Shown here: one piece after another, positions 47,787-57,039 of the stretch
Position numbering within the stretch: the first letter of the stretch is position 1
Layout of the letters: each line of letters opens with the position of its first letter
Source: Chloroflexota bacterium
GTDB lineage: Bacteria; Chloroflexota; Limnocylindria; Limnocylindrales; CSP1-4
DNA: 64,000 nucleotides
NCBI GenBank assembly: GCA_025351245.1
Contig: JANXWH010000152.1
Coordinates: 8,824 to 72,823, forward strand
Reading direction: 5' to 3'
Translations under genes and position numbers: made by a program
Notes under the pieces: model-generated
Database searches by the model: none
Told to the model about the DNA's origin: nothing
The model's input: the letters and a program-made list of their open reading frames with translations, nothing else

Positions 47787-50119
47787 CTGCGCCCGCCCCT
47801 GCGACGCACGAACGCGAGGCGAAGGAGCGCGACGCGGAGGCGCCGCTGTGCTTCGCCGAGCGCCGAGAGGCGGTCCGCTCCCAAGCGCCGTCGGCCGTAC
47901 GTCGCCTCCACCGTGGAGCGGGCCACGAGCTGCAGGTCCGGCCGGACGGCGGGCACGACGTCGGAGAGCGACCCCAGGTATTCGTAGACAGTCTGGGTGG
48001 GGCGGCGCGGGTAGCCCAGCCGGCCGGCCAGGCCGGCAACCGTGCGGTAGACGGCCACGGGCTCGGCCGGCCGGCCGAGACGGCGCCGGAGCAGGACGAA
48101 GGCGAGCCCGAGCAGCGCGCCCGAGAGCGGGATCACGACCACGATGATCGGCCCGATGCCCGGGGTCCGGAAGCCGGTCGTGGACCCGCCGCCCGTCGGC
48201 CCAGCCGGTTCGTCGACGCCCGCCCGCCGGCTCGCGCGTGGGCTCCCGCTCGAACCCGCGCTGGCGGACGGCGCCAAGGTCGCGACGGCGGGGCCGGCCG
48301 GGAGCGCGACCGGGACACCCACGCCGCCCCCGGTCGGGTCGAATTCGATCCAACCGGCGCCCGGGAACCACGCTTCCACCCAGGCGTGTGCCCTGTCGCG
48401 GCGGATCGTCTCGCGGCCGCCCGCGTTTCGATCGCCGGGCAGGAACCCCTCGACGAATCGGGCCGGGATCCCCTGCGTGCGAAGCATCATCACCATTGTC
48501 GAGGCGAAATGCTCGCAGTAACCCTTCCGCGAGAAGACGAAGCAGTCGACGACGCCGCGCCCGCCGCAATCGACTTTCGTGACATCCGTGCTGTAGGTGA
48601 AGTTGCGGCCGTCGCGCAGGAAGGCCTCGATCGCCCGCGCCGTGTCGTACGGCGTCCTGGGCTGCGCCTGGCTGAGGATCTCGGAGAGCAGCGCGCGCGT
48701 CTCCGGCCCCACTGTTCCGGGCTCGATGGCCGTGTAGGTCGCCAGGAGGTCGGCGGGGTACTCCGTCCCAGCAGCCCGGAGGCGGTTCGCCGTCAGGGCC
48801 TTCGGGTCGTCGGGTCTTGACAGGTCCGGCAGGAGCGCCTCCAGCGTGTAGCTGCCACCGCCCGCGGGCAGGATCCGGCCGAACGCGGTGTCGCCGCCGC
48901 TCTGGATCAGGGTCACGCGGGCAGTGCGGTCAAGACGCATCGGGATCCCCGGGGTCACCACGATGCTGCTTGCCGCGAGACCGCTCACCTGGTAGCCGGC
49001 CGTCACGTAGCTGACGGTGTCGAGCGGTGCGTCGCGCGTGCCGGCGAGGAGCCCGTTCGACGCCCCCACGCTGACCTCCGCCGTCTGGCTCCAGCTCCAC
49101 GTGTTCCCGGTCAGCCGGTCGTAGGCGGCCGCGCGCCACTTCGTCCGCGGGCTGCCGGCCGGAGTCTGGATGGTCAGGATCGGCGTCGCGTCGGTCACCC
49201 ATGCGCCCGTCACCGTGACCGACTCCGTGAACTGCGTGCCGGTGATCCGCGTCCCGGGCCCGCCCGCTGGGAAGTACCGGACCACCTGCTGGGCAAGCTG
49301 GGTGAACTTCTGGTTGAGTCCCGGCCACGCGTCCGCGAGCGGCGCCGACGAGGCCGACCGCGTGAGGAGCAGCGCGCCCAGGATGGCGACGCCGACGAAG
49401 ATGAGACCCGCCCGGAGCGAGAGCCCGACCGCGTCGCCGACGTCGCCGATCCGGTGGCGGACCCACGTCCGCTGCTCATCCGCGACGTGGAACCGGACGA
49501 GGAAGAGGAGGGCCGCGAGCGAGAAGACCACGAGCAGCGGGTACTGGTCCCGGATCGTCAGCACGACGTTTGCGAGGAGGATCGAGCCCGGCAGCAAGAC
49601 CGCCGCAACGGGGCGCCGGTGGGCCAGCGCGGTGTACCCGGCGAAGTGGCCCGCGCCCCAGCAGATGATCCCCAGCACGAGCAGGAAGTGCCCGATCTCC
49701 GTGGTGGTGGCGCGGCCGCGGACGACGAGGTCGAAGTACGCCTCCACGACCGAGTTCGAGGTGGCCTGGAAGAGCCCGCCGATCGACTCGCCGGGGGCGA
49801 GCTGGGCGCCCACGACGAGCGTGAGAAAGGTGGCGGCGATGACGGCCCCGCCGACGTGGGCGAGCAGCCGCCCACGGCCGGCCTTCGCCGCGACGGCGCC
49901 CCACAGGACCCCGAGCGCCCCCGCCCAGGGCAGGAAGTTCGTCAGCGTCTGGGCGCCGAGCACCCAGTGCGCGTCGTCGATGGCCCAGCCGACGAGCGCC
50001 GCCATCAAGACGAGCAGGAGCACACTGGACCAGCCCTCCGCGGGTCCGAGCGGCAGGCGACGCTCATCGTCGACCGGGGCGGCCGCCCCGTAGTCGAACG
50101 CGGTGCGGGCGGCGCTCAT
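47783..50119 (-). CDS. transglutaminase-domain membrane protein (TgpA-like)
   Basis: An N-terminal multi-TM region and a transglutaminase core with Cys in GYCEHFA, His in HAWVEAW and Asp in EFDPT. The ATG at 50119 overlaps the DUF58 stop. Confidence 0.8.
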   Translation of the reverse strand: MSAARTAFDYGAAAPVDDERRLPLGPAEGWSSVLLLVLMAALVGWAIDDAHWVLGAQTLTNFLPWAGALGVLWGAVAAKAGRGRLLAHVGGAVIAATFLTLVVGAQLAPGESIGGLFQATSNSVVEAYFDLVVRGRATTTEIGHFLLVLGIICWGAGHFAGYTALAHRRPVAAVLLPGSILLANVVLTIRDQYPLLVVFSLAALLFLVRFHVADEQRTWVRHRIGDVGDAVGLSLRAGLIFVGVAILGALLLTRSASSAPLADAWPGLNQKFTQLAQQVVRYFPAGGPGTRITGTQFTESVTVTGAWVTDATPILTIQTPAGSPRTKWRAAAYDRLTGNTWSWSQTAEVSVGASNGLLAGTRDAPLDTVSYVTAGYQVSGLAASSIVVTPGIPMRLDRTARVTLIQSGGDTAFGRILPAGGGSYTLEALLPDLSRPDDPKALTANRLRAAGTEYPADLLATYTAIEPGTVGPETRALLSEILSQAQPRTPYDTARAIEAFLRDGRNFTYSTDVTKVDCGGRGVVDCFVFSRKGYCEHFASTMVMMLRTQGIPARFVEGFLPGDRNAGGRETIRRDRAHAWVEAWFPGAGWIEFDPTGGGVGVPVALPAGPAVATLAPSASAGSSGSPRASRRAGVDEPAGPTGGGSTTGFRTPGIGPIIVVVIPLSGALLGLAFVLLRRRLGRPAEPVAVYRTVAGLAGRLGYPRRPTQTVYEYLGSLSDVVPAVRPDLQLVARSTVEATYGRRRLGADRLSALGEAQRRLRVALLRLAFVRRRGGRS

Positions 50120-51372
50120 CCGACCAGGACCTCGCCGAGCGGCACGCCGGGCGGGACCGCGCAGGTCCGGACGTCGAACTCCGCCAGCGCGTGGTGGACC
50201 CGGCGCGAAGCCTGCTCCAGCTCGGCGAGCTCCGCGGCGGCATCCGGCTCCTCGATGCTGCGGCCGGCGGCCACGATCTCGTGGCGGAGGAACCCACGCG
50301 GGTCCAGGTAGAGGACCTGCGTGCCGATTCCCCGGGGGCGAAGCGTCGCGAGCGGCCGGACCCAAGCCGGCTCGGCTGCCGGGGTCACGATGAGGGCGGA
50401 CATCCCGCGACGAAGGAGCGGGAGCCCGGCGACGAGCGCCTCCACGAGCGGCACGGTTCCGTCGCCGTCCACCGCCGCCAACAGGTCCAGGATCTTCTGA
50501 CGCTGACGCGGGCCGCGGTCCGGCGACAGGTGGGTGAGGTGCGCGCCCGTCGTGGTCAGGCCCACCGAACGGTTCTCCGAGAGCGCCAGCTCGGCGATCG
50601 CGGCCGCGACGCGCACGGCCACCTCGACGGTGGAATCGTCGCCCGACCCGCACTGGACGCGACGCTCCAGGTCCACGAAGAGCCAGACGTCGGCAGTCTG
50701 CTCCAGGTCGAACTCCTTGACGTGGATCGCGCCGGTCCGCGCGGTGGACGGCCAGTGGATCCGGTTGAACGCATCGCCGGGCGCATACGGCCGAATGGAG
50801 GTGGCGAGCGGGGTCGTCTGGTGCGTCCGCACGGGCGTGGATCGGCTCCCCTCCAGGCTCACCGCCCGGAGCCGCCAGCGCGGGATCCGCTCGATCTTCG
50901 GGTACACGACCAGCGTCACGCCGTGCCCGACGGCCGCGTTCGCTTCGAAGAACCCGAACGGGTCGCCGGTCCGGATCTGGAGCGGGTCCACGCGGAAGTG
51001 GCCGCGCCGGACCAGCGGCACGCGGGCTACCCACGACCGTTCGCGCCGCGTCCCCAGCGAGATCGCCCGGCCGGGCAGCGGGATCGGGAGCGTCGACGGG
51101 TTGTGGACCTCCAGCCAGAGCTTCGGCAGCCGGCTCGTGTTCCGCAGCGTGTACGTGGTGCGGAGCTGGTCGCCGACGTGCGCGTGGAGCTGGTTGACGG
51201 AGTAGCCCGCCTCCAGGTCCGCGAGCCCGTTGCGGGTGACCAGGTAGCTCCCGCCGACCACGAGGAGACCGAGATAGACGAGGTAGAAGAGGAACTCGTA
51301 GCCGGTGCTGAACGCGGCCACCACCAGGACGCCGCCGACGACGAGGAACGGGAGGCGACGCAGGTAGCGCAC
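50116..51372 (-). CDS. DUF58 domain protein
   Basis: Two N-terminal TM segments and the conserved IRPYAPGDAFNRIHW motif. It sits between the MoxR and transglutaminase genes. Confidence 0.85.
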   Translation of the reverse strand: MRYLRRLPFLVVGGVLVVAAFSTGYEFLFYLVYLGLLVVGGSYLVTRNGLADLEAGYSVNQLHAHVGDQLRTTYTLRNTSRLPKLWLEVHNPSTLPIPLPGRAISLGTRRERSWVARVPLVRRGHFRVDPLQIRTGDPFGFFEANAAVGHGVTLVVYPKIERIPRWRLRAVSLEGSRSTPVRTHQTTPLATSIRPYAPGDAFNRIHWPSTARTGAIHVKEFDLEQTADVWLFVDLERRVQCGSGDDSTVEVAVRVAAAIAELALSENRSVGLTTTGAHLTHLSPDRGPRQRQKILDLLAAVDGDGTVPLVEALVAGLPLLRRGMSALIVTPAAEPAWVRPLATLRPRGIGTQVLYLDPRGFLRHEIVAAGRSIEEPDAAAELAELEQASRRVHHALAEFDVRTCAVPPGVPLGEVLVG

Positions 51373-51395
51373 AGGCGACGGAGCTCCGCTGCCGG

Positions 51396-52385
51396 TCAGC
51401 GGCCGCGCGGGGCCTCGGCCTCGATCCGACGCGGGCCGCCGGGCCGGGCGGGCGCGTCGACGGGCACGGAGTCCAGCAGCTCGCGCACGACGGTCTCGGC
51501 GTCCACCTCGCGGATGGACGAGCTGGTCTTGATGATCACGCGGTGCGCGAGCGCGGGACCGGCGAGGGTCTTCACGTCGTCCGGAATGACGTAGTCACGC
51601 CCCAGCAGGGCGGCCCGGGCCTGGCCGGCGCGGTAGAGCGCGATCGAGCCGCGAGGCGAGGCCCCGAGGTAGATGTCGGGGTGGGTCCGGGTGGCGTTCA
51701 CAAGGCGGACGATGTACTCCGCGACGCTCGCGTCGACGTAGATCTCGCGGACGGCGGCCTGCATCTCGCGCAGCTCCTCCACCGGGCAGACCTCCCCGAG
51801 GGAATCGAGCGGGTGGACCCGCTTCTGCTCTTCGAGGATGACGATCTCCTCCGTGGGCGTTGGGTAGCCCATCCGGAGCCGGAGCATGAATCGGTCCAGC
51901 TGGGCCTCCGGAAGTGCGAACGTCCCCTCGTACTCGATCGGGTTCTGGGTGGCGATGACGAGGAACGGGTCCGGCATCTGGTGGCTGATCCCGTCGATCG
52001 TGGCCTGGCGCTCCTCCATGCATTCGAGCAGCGCGGACTGCGTCTTGGGGGTCGCCCTGTTGATCTCGTCGGCGAGGACCACCTGGCTCATGATCGGCCC
52101 GGGTCGGAACTCGAACTCCTGCGTCTTCTGGTTGTAGATCGAGAGGCCGGTCACGTCCGACGGAAGGAGGTCGGGCGTGAACTGGATCCGCCGGAACGAC
52201 GAGCCGAGGCTCTTCGCGATCGCCTTTGCCAGCACGGTCTTGCCGGTGCCGGGCACGTCCTCGATGAGGAGATGACCGCGGCAGAGAAGGGCGACGAGAG
52301 CCAGCTGGACCTCGTGGTGCTTCCCCACGATCACCCGCTCCACGTTGGCTACGACGCGGTCGCCGGACTCCTGGATCTTCGTCAT
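51396..52385 (-). CDS. MoxR-family AAA+ ATPase
   Basis: Walker A VPGTGKT, Walker B LADEINR and a MoxR-type C-terminal lid. Confidence 0.9.
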   Translation of the reverse strand: MTKIQESGDRVVANVERVIVGKHHEVQLALVALLCRGHLLIEDVPGTGKTVLAKAIAKSLGSSFRRIQFTPDLLPSDVTGLSIYNQKTQEFEFRPGPIMSQVVLADEINRATPKTQSALLECMEERQATIDGISHQMPDPFLVIATQNPIEYEGTFALPEAQLDRFMLRLRMGYPTPTEEIVILEEQKRVHPLDSLGEVCPVEELREMQAAVREIYVDASVAEYIVRLVNATRTHPDIYLGASPRGSIALYRAGQARAALLGRDYVIPDDVKTLAGPALAHRVIIKTSSSIREVDAETVVRELLDSVPVDAPARPGGPRRIEAEAPRGR

Positions 52386-52542
52386 CGTGCTCGCGGGCTC
52401 CTGTCGCTGCGCGGCGGTCGGGCGAGGGCAGTCCGGGGACGGCGCAAAGCCCGCTCTTCGCGGGGGGGTGGCGGTCTCGGGGCTACCAAATAGTACGTCC
52501 GAACCCCGGGGACGGTTCCACGGCCGATTCCGCGGGCGCGAG

Positions 52543-52806
52543 TCAGCCCCGAAACAGGGTCAGGCCGCCGGCCCACGCGGTCATCAGCGCCCCGATCCCG
52601 GCCATCAGCGCCAGGAACGGCTCGCCCGACCCGAACGACGCGGCTGCGATCGCGCCGAAGACCGCGATGATGACGACGGCGATGAGGGCAAGGCCGATCC
52701 GCTCGATCAGCGGGCGCGGCTCGCGCGGAACGGCGTCGCGCGCGCGGTCCGGGACCGGCGCGGTCGGGTCCGGCCGGACGTGGTCCGGAATGCTCGGGTC
52801 CGTCAC
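52543..52806 (-). CDS. possible small membrane protein
   Basis: An 87-codon sub-ORF whose GTG overlaps the pbpA stop (GTGA). It has two hydrophobic segments. Confidence 0.4.
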   Translation of the reverse strand: MTDPSIPDHVRPDPTAPVPDRARDAVPREPRPLIERIGLALIAVVIIAVFGAIAAASFGSGEPFLALMAGIGALMTAWAGGLTLFRG

Positions 52807-54311
52807 GGCTGCGCCGCGAAATATGCCCGGAGCAGCGCCCCGGCGAGCGGGGCCGCCCGCTCCCCTCCCCGACCACCCTGCTCCACGATCACGGCGAGCG
52901 CGATGGTCGGCGCTTCCGCCGGCGCGAAGCCGATGAACCACGAATGCGGCTCGCCCGTCCCGCCCAGCTGCGCCGTGCCCGTCTTGCCGGCCACGCTCAC
53001 CCCGGCGAGCTGGGCGCCGGAGGTGAACTTCTGCCCGTCGATGCCCTCGACGGCGCGGGTCATCGCCGCCGCGATCGTGGCGGCATCCTTCGCCGAGAGG
53101 ACGCGCCCGAGCGTGCCACCGGGCACGTCCCGGACCGCGCCGGACGGGCTGACAAACGCGGTTACCAGGCGCGGCCGCGGCTCCTCGCCGCCGTTCGCGA
53201 CCGTTGCGGCCACGAGCGCCATCTGGAGGGGCGTTGCGAGCACCTCGCCCTGCCCGTACGCGGCATTGGCCAGCTCCACGTCATCCGCGAAACCGCCCGG
53301 CAGCGGGCCGCCGCCGTTCGTCAGTTGCGACGTCGCGTTCGGGAGGTCGAACGGGATCGCCGAGCCGAAGCCGAGCCGGCGCGCTGCCTCGTCCATCCCT
53401 GCGCCGCCGGTGCGGAGCCCGGCCAGCGCGTACCAGATGTTGCAGGAAACCTCCGTCGCCCGCGCGAAGTCCAGCAGCTCGGCCCCAGTGAACGGATGGT
53501 GTCCGTCGCGGACCCGGAAGCCCGAAACGAGCAGGCCCGCCGATTCAGACCGGGGCTGCTGGGGGAACGTGGTCGCCGGGGTGATCGCGCCCGACGAGAG
53601 AGCGGCGATCGCGGTCACGATCTTGAAGACGGAGCCGGGGACGTAGCGCCCCTGGACCGCGCGGTCGAGGAGCGGCTGCCCGGGATCGGCCCGGGCGGCG
53701 GCGAACGCAGCGCGGGAGGTGGCGGGATTCGCGATCCCCGACGCGTCATACGTCGGCGTGCTGGCCATCGCCAGCACCTCACCCGTCCGCGGGTCGAGTA
53801 CCACGACTGCGCCCCGGTCGGCACCAAGCAGGCGGACTGCCAGCCGCTGCAGCGTCAGCGAGAGGCTGGTCCGCACGTCGTCGCCGCGCTGCTGACGCGG
53901 ACGGAACTTCGCCAGGGCACGCGACATGGGGTCGTCGCCGCCCATCCCCAGCAGCTCCGCCGCGTAGGCCGCCTCCAGGCCCGCCGATCCGTACAGGCGA
54001 GACGCGTAGCCCAGCGGCGCGCTCAACGAAGCGTCCGCGTACACGCGATACGGCTCGCCGCCGGCGTCCCGCCGGTTGTCCGCCAGGACGCGGCCGTCCC
54101 GGTCCAGGATCCGGCCGCGAACTGTGGACCGGGCTGCAGCGACCACACCGGCATCGTTCGGGTCGCGCGCCAGATCGTCGGCGCGGAGCACCTGCCAGTA
54201 GCCTGCCCCCAGCATAAGGCCGCCGAACGCGAGCGCGAGGACGAGGCCCAGGCGGACCACGCGCCCGCCCAGCGGGCGCTCGCGGCGCACACCCGAGCCG
54301 AGCGTCGTCAT
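52803..54311 (-). CDS. pbpA: class B penicillin-binding protein (PbpA/PBP2 transpeptidase)
   Basis: N-terminal TM anchor and the motifs SVFK (SxxK), SCN (SxN) and KTGTA. Confidence 0.85.
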   Translation of the reverse strand: MTTLGSGVRRERPLGGRVVRLGLVLALAFGGLMLGAGYWQVLRADDLARDPNDAGVVAAARSTVRGRILDRDGRVLADNRRDAGGEPYRVYADASLSAPLGYASRLYGSAGLEAAYAAELLGMGGDDPMSRALAKFRPRQQRGDDVRTSLSLTLQRLAVRLLGADRGAVVVLDPRTGEVLAMASTPTYDASGIANPATSRAAFAAARADPGQPLLDRAVQGRYVPGSVFKIVTAIAALSSGAITPATTFPQQPRSESAGLLVSGFRVRDGHHPFTGAELLDFARATEVSCNIWYALAGLRTGGAGMDEAARRLGFGSAIPFDLPNATSQLTNGGGPLPGGFADDVELANAAYGQGEVLATPLQMALVAATVANGGEEPRPRLVTAFVSPSGAVRDVPGGTLGRVLSAKDAATIAAAMTRAVEGIDGQKFTSGAQLAGVSVAGKTGTAQLGGTGEPHSWFIGFAPAEAPTIALAVIVEQGGRGGERAAPLAGALLRAYFAAQP

Positions 54312-55699
54312 ACGCCGTCTCGCCCGAACCGGCGGGCCCCGCTCGGCTCTGGCGGCGGCGCCGGCCCGCGATCCGAGAACGCCAGCAGGAGCCCCACGAT
54401 CAGCCCGTTCACGAGGAGCGACGACCCGCCGTAGCTGATGAACGGGAGCGTGATCCCGGTCAGCGGGATGAGCTTGAGATTACCCGCCGCGATGATCGCG
54501 GCCTGCACGCCGATCACCAGCGCCAGGCCCGCGCTGAGCAGGGCCCGGACGTCGTCGGCCGCGGCCGCCGCGATGCGGAGCCCGCGTGCGACGACGACGA
54601 GGTAGCAGCCGAGGATTGCGAGCACGCCTGCCATCCCCAGCTCCTCGCCGAGGGCGGCGAGCGGGAAGTCAGTGTGGACGGCCGGAATCGGCAGGTGCCC
54701 GGCGATCATCGGCAGGCCCGCTCCCAGGCCGGTCCCCAGCAGCCCACCGCGCGCGAACGCGTGGAGCGCCTGGATCGTCTGGTAGCCGGTCCCGAGCGGG
54801 TCGGCCCACGGGTCCAGCCAGGTCGCCACGCGATCCCGAACGTGCGGGAAGACGAGCGCCAGGACCACGAAGCCGACGAGGAAGAGCCCGATCCCGAGCA
54901 CAACGTCCACCTTGCTGCCGGTCGCGAGGTAGAAGAGGCACAGGAAGACCACGAAGAAGAGGAGCGCCGCGCCCAGGTCACGCTGGATGACGACGATGCC
55001 CAACGCCAGGGCCAGCATGAGGCCGGCCGGCAGGAGGTACGGGGCCGGCGGCAGCGTCAGCCGGCCAGCCACGCGGACGCGTGCGTCGGCCAGCAAGACC
55101 CGGTTCTCCGCCAGATACGTAGCGAAGAAGACCACCAGGATCACCTTGAGCAGCTCCGAGGGCTGCCCGCTCACCGGTCCGAGGTCCAGCGTCAGCCGGG
55201 ACCCGTTCACGTCGCTCCCGAAGACGAACGTGAGCAGCAGCAGGCCCAGGCCCAGCGCTGCCCAGGTGTACTTGTAGAGTCGAAGCCAGCGATCCGAGCG
55301 CACCGTGATCGCGACCACGGCCGCGATCGCCAGCGCGAGCACGAGCCACATCAGCTGGAGCGTGGCCAGGCCGAGAGCCACCGGGCCAAACCGCTGGACG
55401 ACCAGGTCCTGGGGTAGCCGCTCGGCGAGGAGCAGGCCCATGCCGCCCAGCAGGCCGACCGCGGGCAGGAGCACCTCGTCGATCCGTCGCCCCGCAACGA
55501 CGAGCGCGACGTGGACAGCGGCGAGCGCCCCGAGGTAGGCGACCAGCCCGGCCGGATGGGCCAGCGACGGGCTGCCGGTCCGGGTGAAGCCCAGGGAGAG
55601 GCTCCCAAGGAGAAGCGCGCCGGCCACCGCCAGGAGGAGACCCAGCTCGCGGCGCCGGAGGATCGGGTGGGGGAAGCCGGGCAGCGCGGTGGCCGTCAC
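54308..55699 (-). CDS. rodA: SEDS-family peptidoglycan polymerase (RodA/FtsW)
   Basis: A ~10-TM SEDS-like sequence. The GTG at 55699 overlaps the fhaB stop (GTGA), and the stop overlaps the pbpA start. The upstream part of the track ORF was rejected. Confidence 0.85.
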   Translation of the reverse strand: MTATALPGFPHPILRRRELGLLLAVAGALLLGSLSLGFTRTGSPSLAHPAGLVAYLGALAAVHVALVVAGRRIDEVLLPAVGLLGGMGLLLAERLPQDLVVQRFGPVALGLATLQLMWLVLALAIAAVVAITVRSDRWLRLYKYTWAALGLGLLLLTFVFGSDVNGSRLTLDLGPVSGQPSELLKVILVVFFATYLAENRVLLADARVRVAGRLTLPPAPYLLPAGLMLALALGIVVIQRDLGAALLFFVVFLCLFYLATGSKVDVVLGIGLFLVGFVVLALVFPHVRDRVATWLDPWADPLGTGYQTIQALHAFARGGLLGTGLGAGLPMIAGHLPIPAVHTDFPLAALGEELGMAGVLAILGCYLVVVARGLRIAAAAADDVRALLSAGLALVIGVQAAIIAAGNLKLIPLTGITLPFISYGGSSLLVNGLIVGLLLAFSDRGPAPPPEPSGARRFGRDGV

Positions 55700-56130
55700 C
55701 CCAGCCCACGCTCCAGGCGCATCCTGATCTCGCCGATCTGGATCTCGTCCCCGAAGCCCAGCGAGATCCCGCCCGCGACGGTCACCCCGTTCACGAGCGT
55801 GCCGTTCGTGCTGCTGAGGTCCTCCACGTACCAGCCGCGCCCGCGGAACGTGAGGATTGCGTGCCGGGATGATGCGAACGGGTCCTCGAGCACCACGCCG
55901 CAGCCCAGGTCGCGCCCCAGCGTCGTGACGGCGTCGAGGGGGAAGACGCTGCCGGCCGCGGGGAGGCTTGCGCTCGCGATCACCACGAGGCGCCCCAGCG
56001 CCCCGGATGGATCCCGGGACGCGGCCCGGACGTCCCGGAGCAGCGCCCGGACGACGAGCGCGAGGAACAGGTAGAGCGCGGCCACGAATGCCAGGCGGAT
56101 GGCCCACAGGGCCAGGGTCAGCGGGTCCAC
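55696..56130 (-). CDS. fhaB: membrane-anchored FHA-domain protein (FhaB/FipA-like)
   Basis: An N-terminal TM segment is followed by an FHA core (LGRD...SSRHA...DLSSTNGT.VNG). Confidence 0.8.
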   Translation of the reverse strand: MDPLTLALWAIRLAFVAALYLFLALVVRALLRDVRAASRDPSGALGRLVVIASASLPAAGSVFPLDAVTTLGRDLGCGVVLEDPFASSRHAILTFRGRGWYVEDLSSTNGTLVNGVTVAGGISLGFGDEIQIGEIRMRLERGLG

Positions 56131-56864
56131 GGCCCCTCCGGCGGGAGGACATCGACGATGGTCCCGCCCAGCTCGACCCGGTCGCCCGCGCCGAGCACGG
56201 CCTCGAGCACGACCCGGCCATTGACTCGCGTCCCGTTCCGGCTGGCAAGATCGCTCAGGACCAGCCGCCCGTTGCGAGACACGATCCGGGCGTGGTGGCG
56301 CGACAGGAGCGGGTCCGCCACGACGACTTCGTTGTCGGCGCCGCGGCCGATCCCGAGGGGTCGGCCCTCCACCGCCAATCGGCGTTCGACACCGTCCGGC
56401 TCCACCACGCGCAGGAGCGCCCTCGGCGCAACGACAGCCGCCAACGGGTGCACGATCGTTCGATCGATGGCCGGGCCGGCGGCGTCCAGGAGCGGGATCG
56501 GCCCGGCGAATGTCGCCCGAACCGTCGCGGCGCCGCGCTCGAGGCCGGCCGATGCCACGATCGCCACGGACGGACGCTCCGGGATCAGGTAGCCGCGTCG
56601 CCGCGCGTAGGCGAGGGCCGCTGCCGCAAGCTCACCCTCCAGGTTGGGCACGCGCGCCAGCTCCTCCGCGGCACGAGCGTCCACGGCCACCTCGAAGCGC
56701 GTCGGCGCGACCGGCCCCTCGGCGCCCGGCCGCCGCTCCTGGTCGATCGCGCGCTCGATGCGTCGCGCCAGCGTGGCCGGCGCGACGCCGACGTCGAACA
56801 GGCGGGCACCCGGCCGCTCGAAGAGCCGCTCGAGGAAGCGCTCCAGCGCCGCGAGGGGTCGCAT
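56118..56864 (-). CDS. fhaA: FhaA-like protein (DUF3662 N-domain plus C-terminal FHA)
   Basis: N-terminal LERFLERLFERPGARLF is typical of FhaA_N, and the C-terminus is an FHA core (IGRG...SRHHA...DLASRNGTRVNG). ATG at 56864. Confidence 0.75.
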   Translation of the reverse strand: MRPLAALERFLERLFERPGARLFDVGVAPATLARRIERAIDQERRPGAEGPVAPTRFEVAVDARAAEELARVPNLEGELAAAALAYARRRGYLIPERPSVAIVASAGLERGAATVRATFAGPIPLLDAAGPAIDRTIVHPLAAVVAPRALLRVVEPDGVERRLAVEGRPLGIGRGADNEVVVADPLLSRHHARIVSRNGRLVLSDLASRNGTRVNGRVVLEAVLGAGDRVELGGTIVDVLPPEGPWTR

Positions 56865-57039
56865 GTGTTCCGCGCAGAACCTCCGGACGGGTGCGGGCCG
56901 CGAGGCGGCGGCGACCGCGGGACGTTTGCCGGGGCCCGTCCGTACCTCGGTTCCCGGGAGGCCTCGAAGCCTACGGTATACTCTCGACCCCGCGGACGGG
57001 GCCGGGGGGCCCGCGACCGGGCGTGAACAGGGGGGCCCG

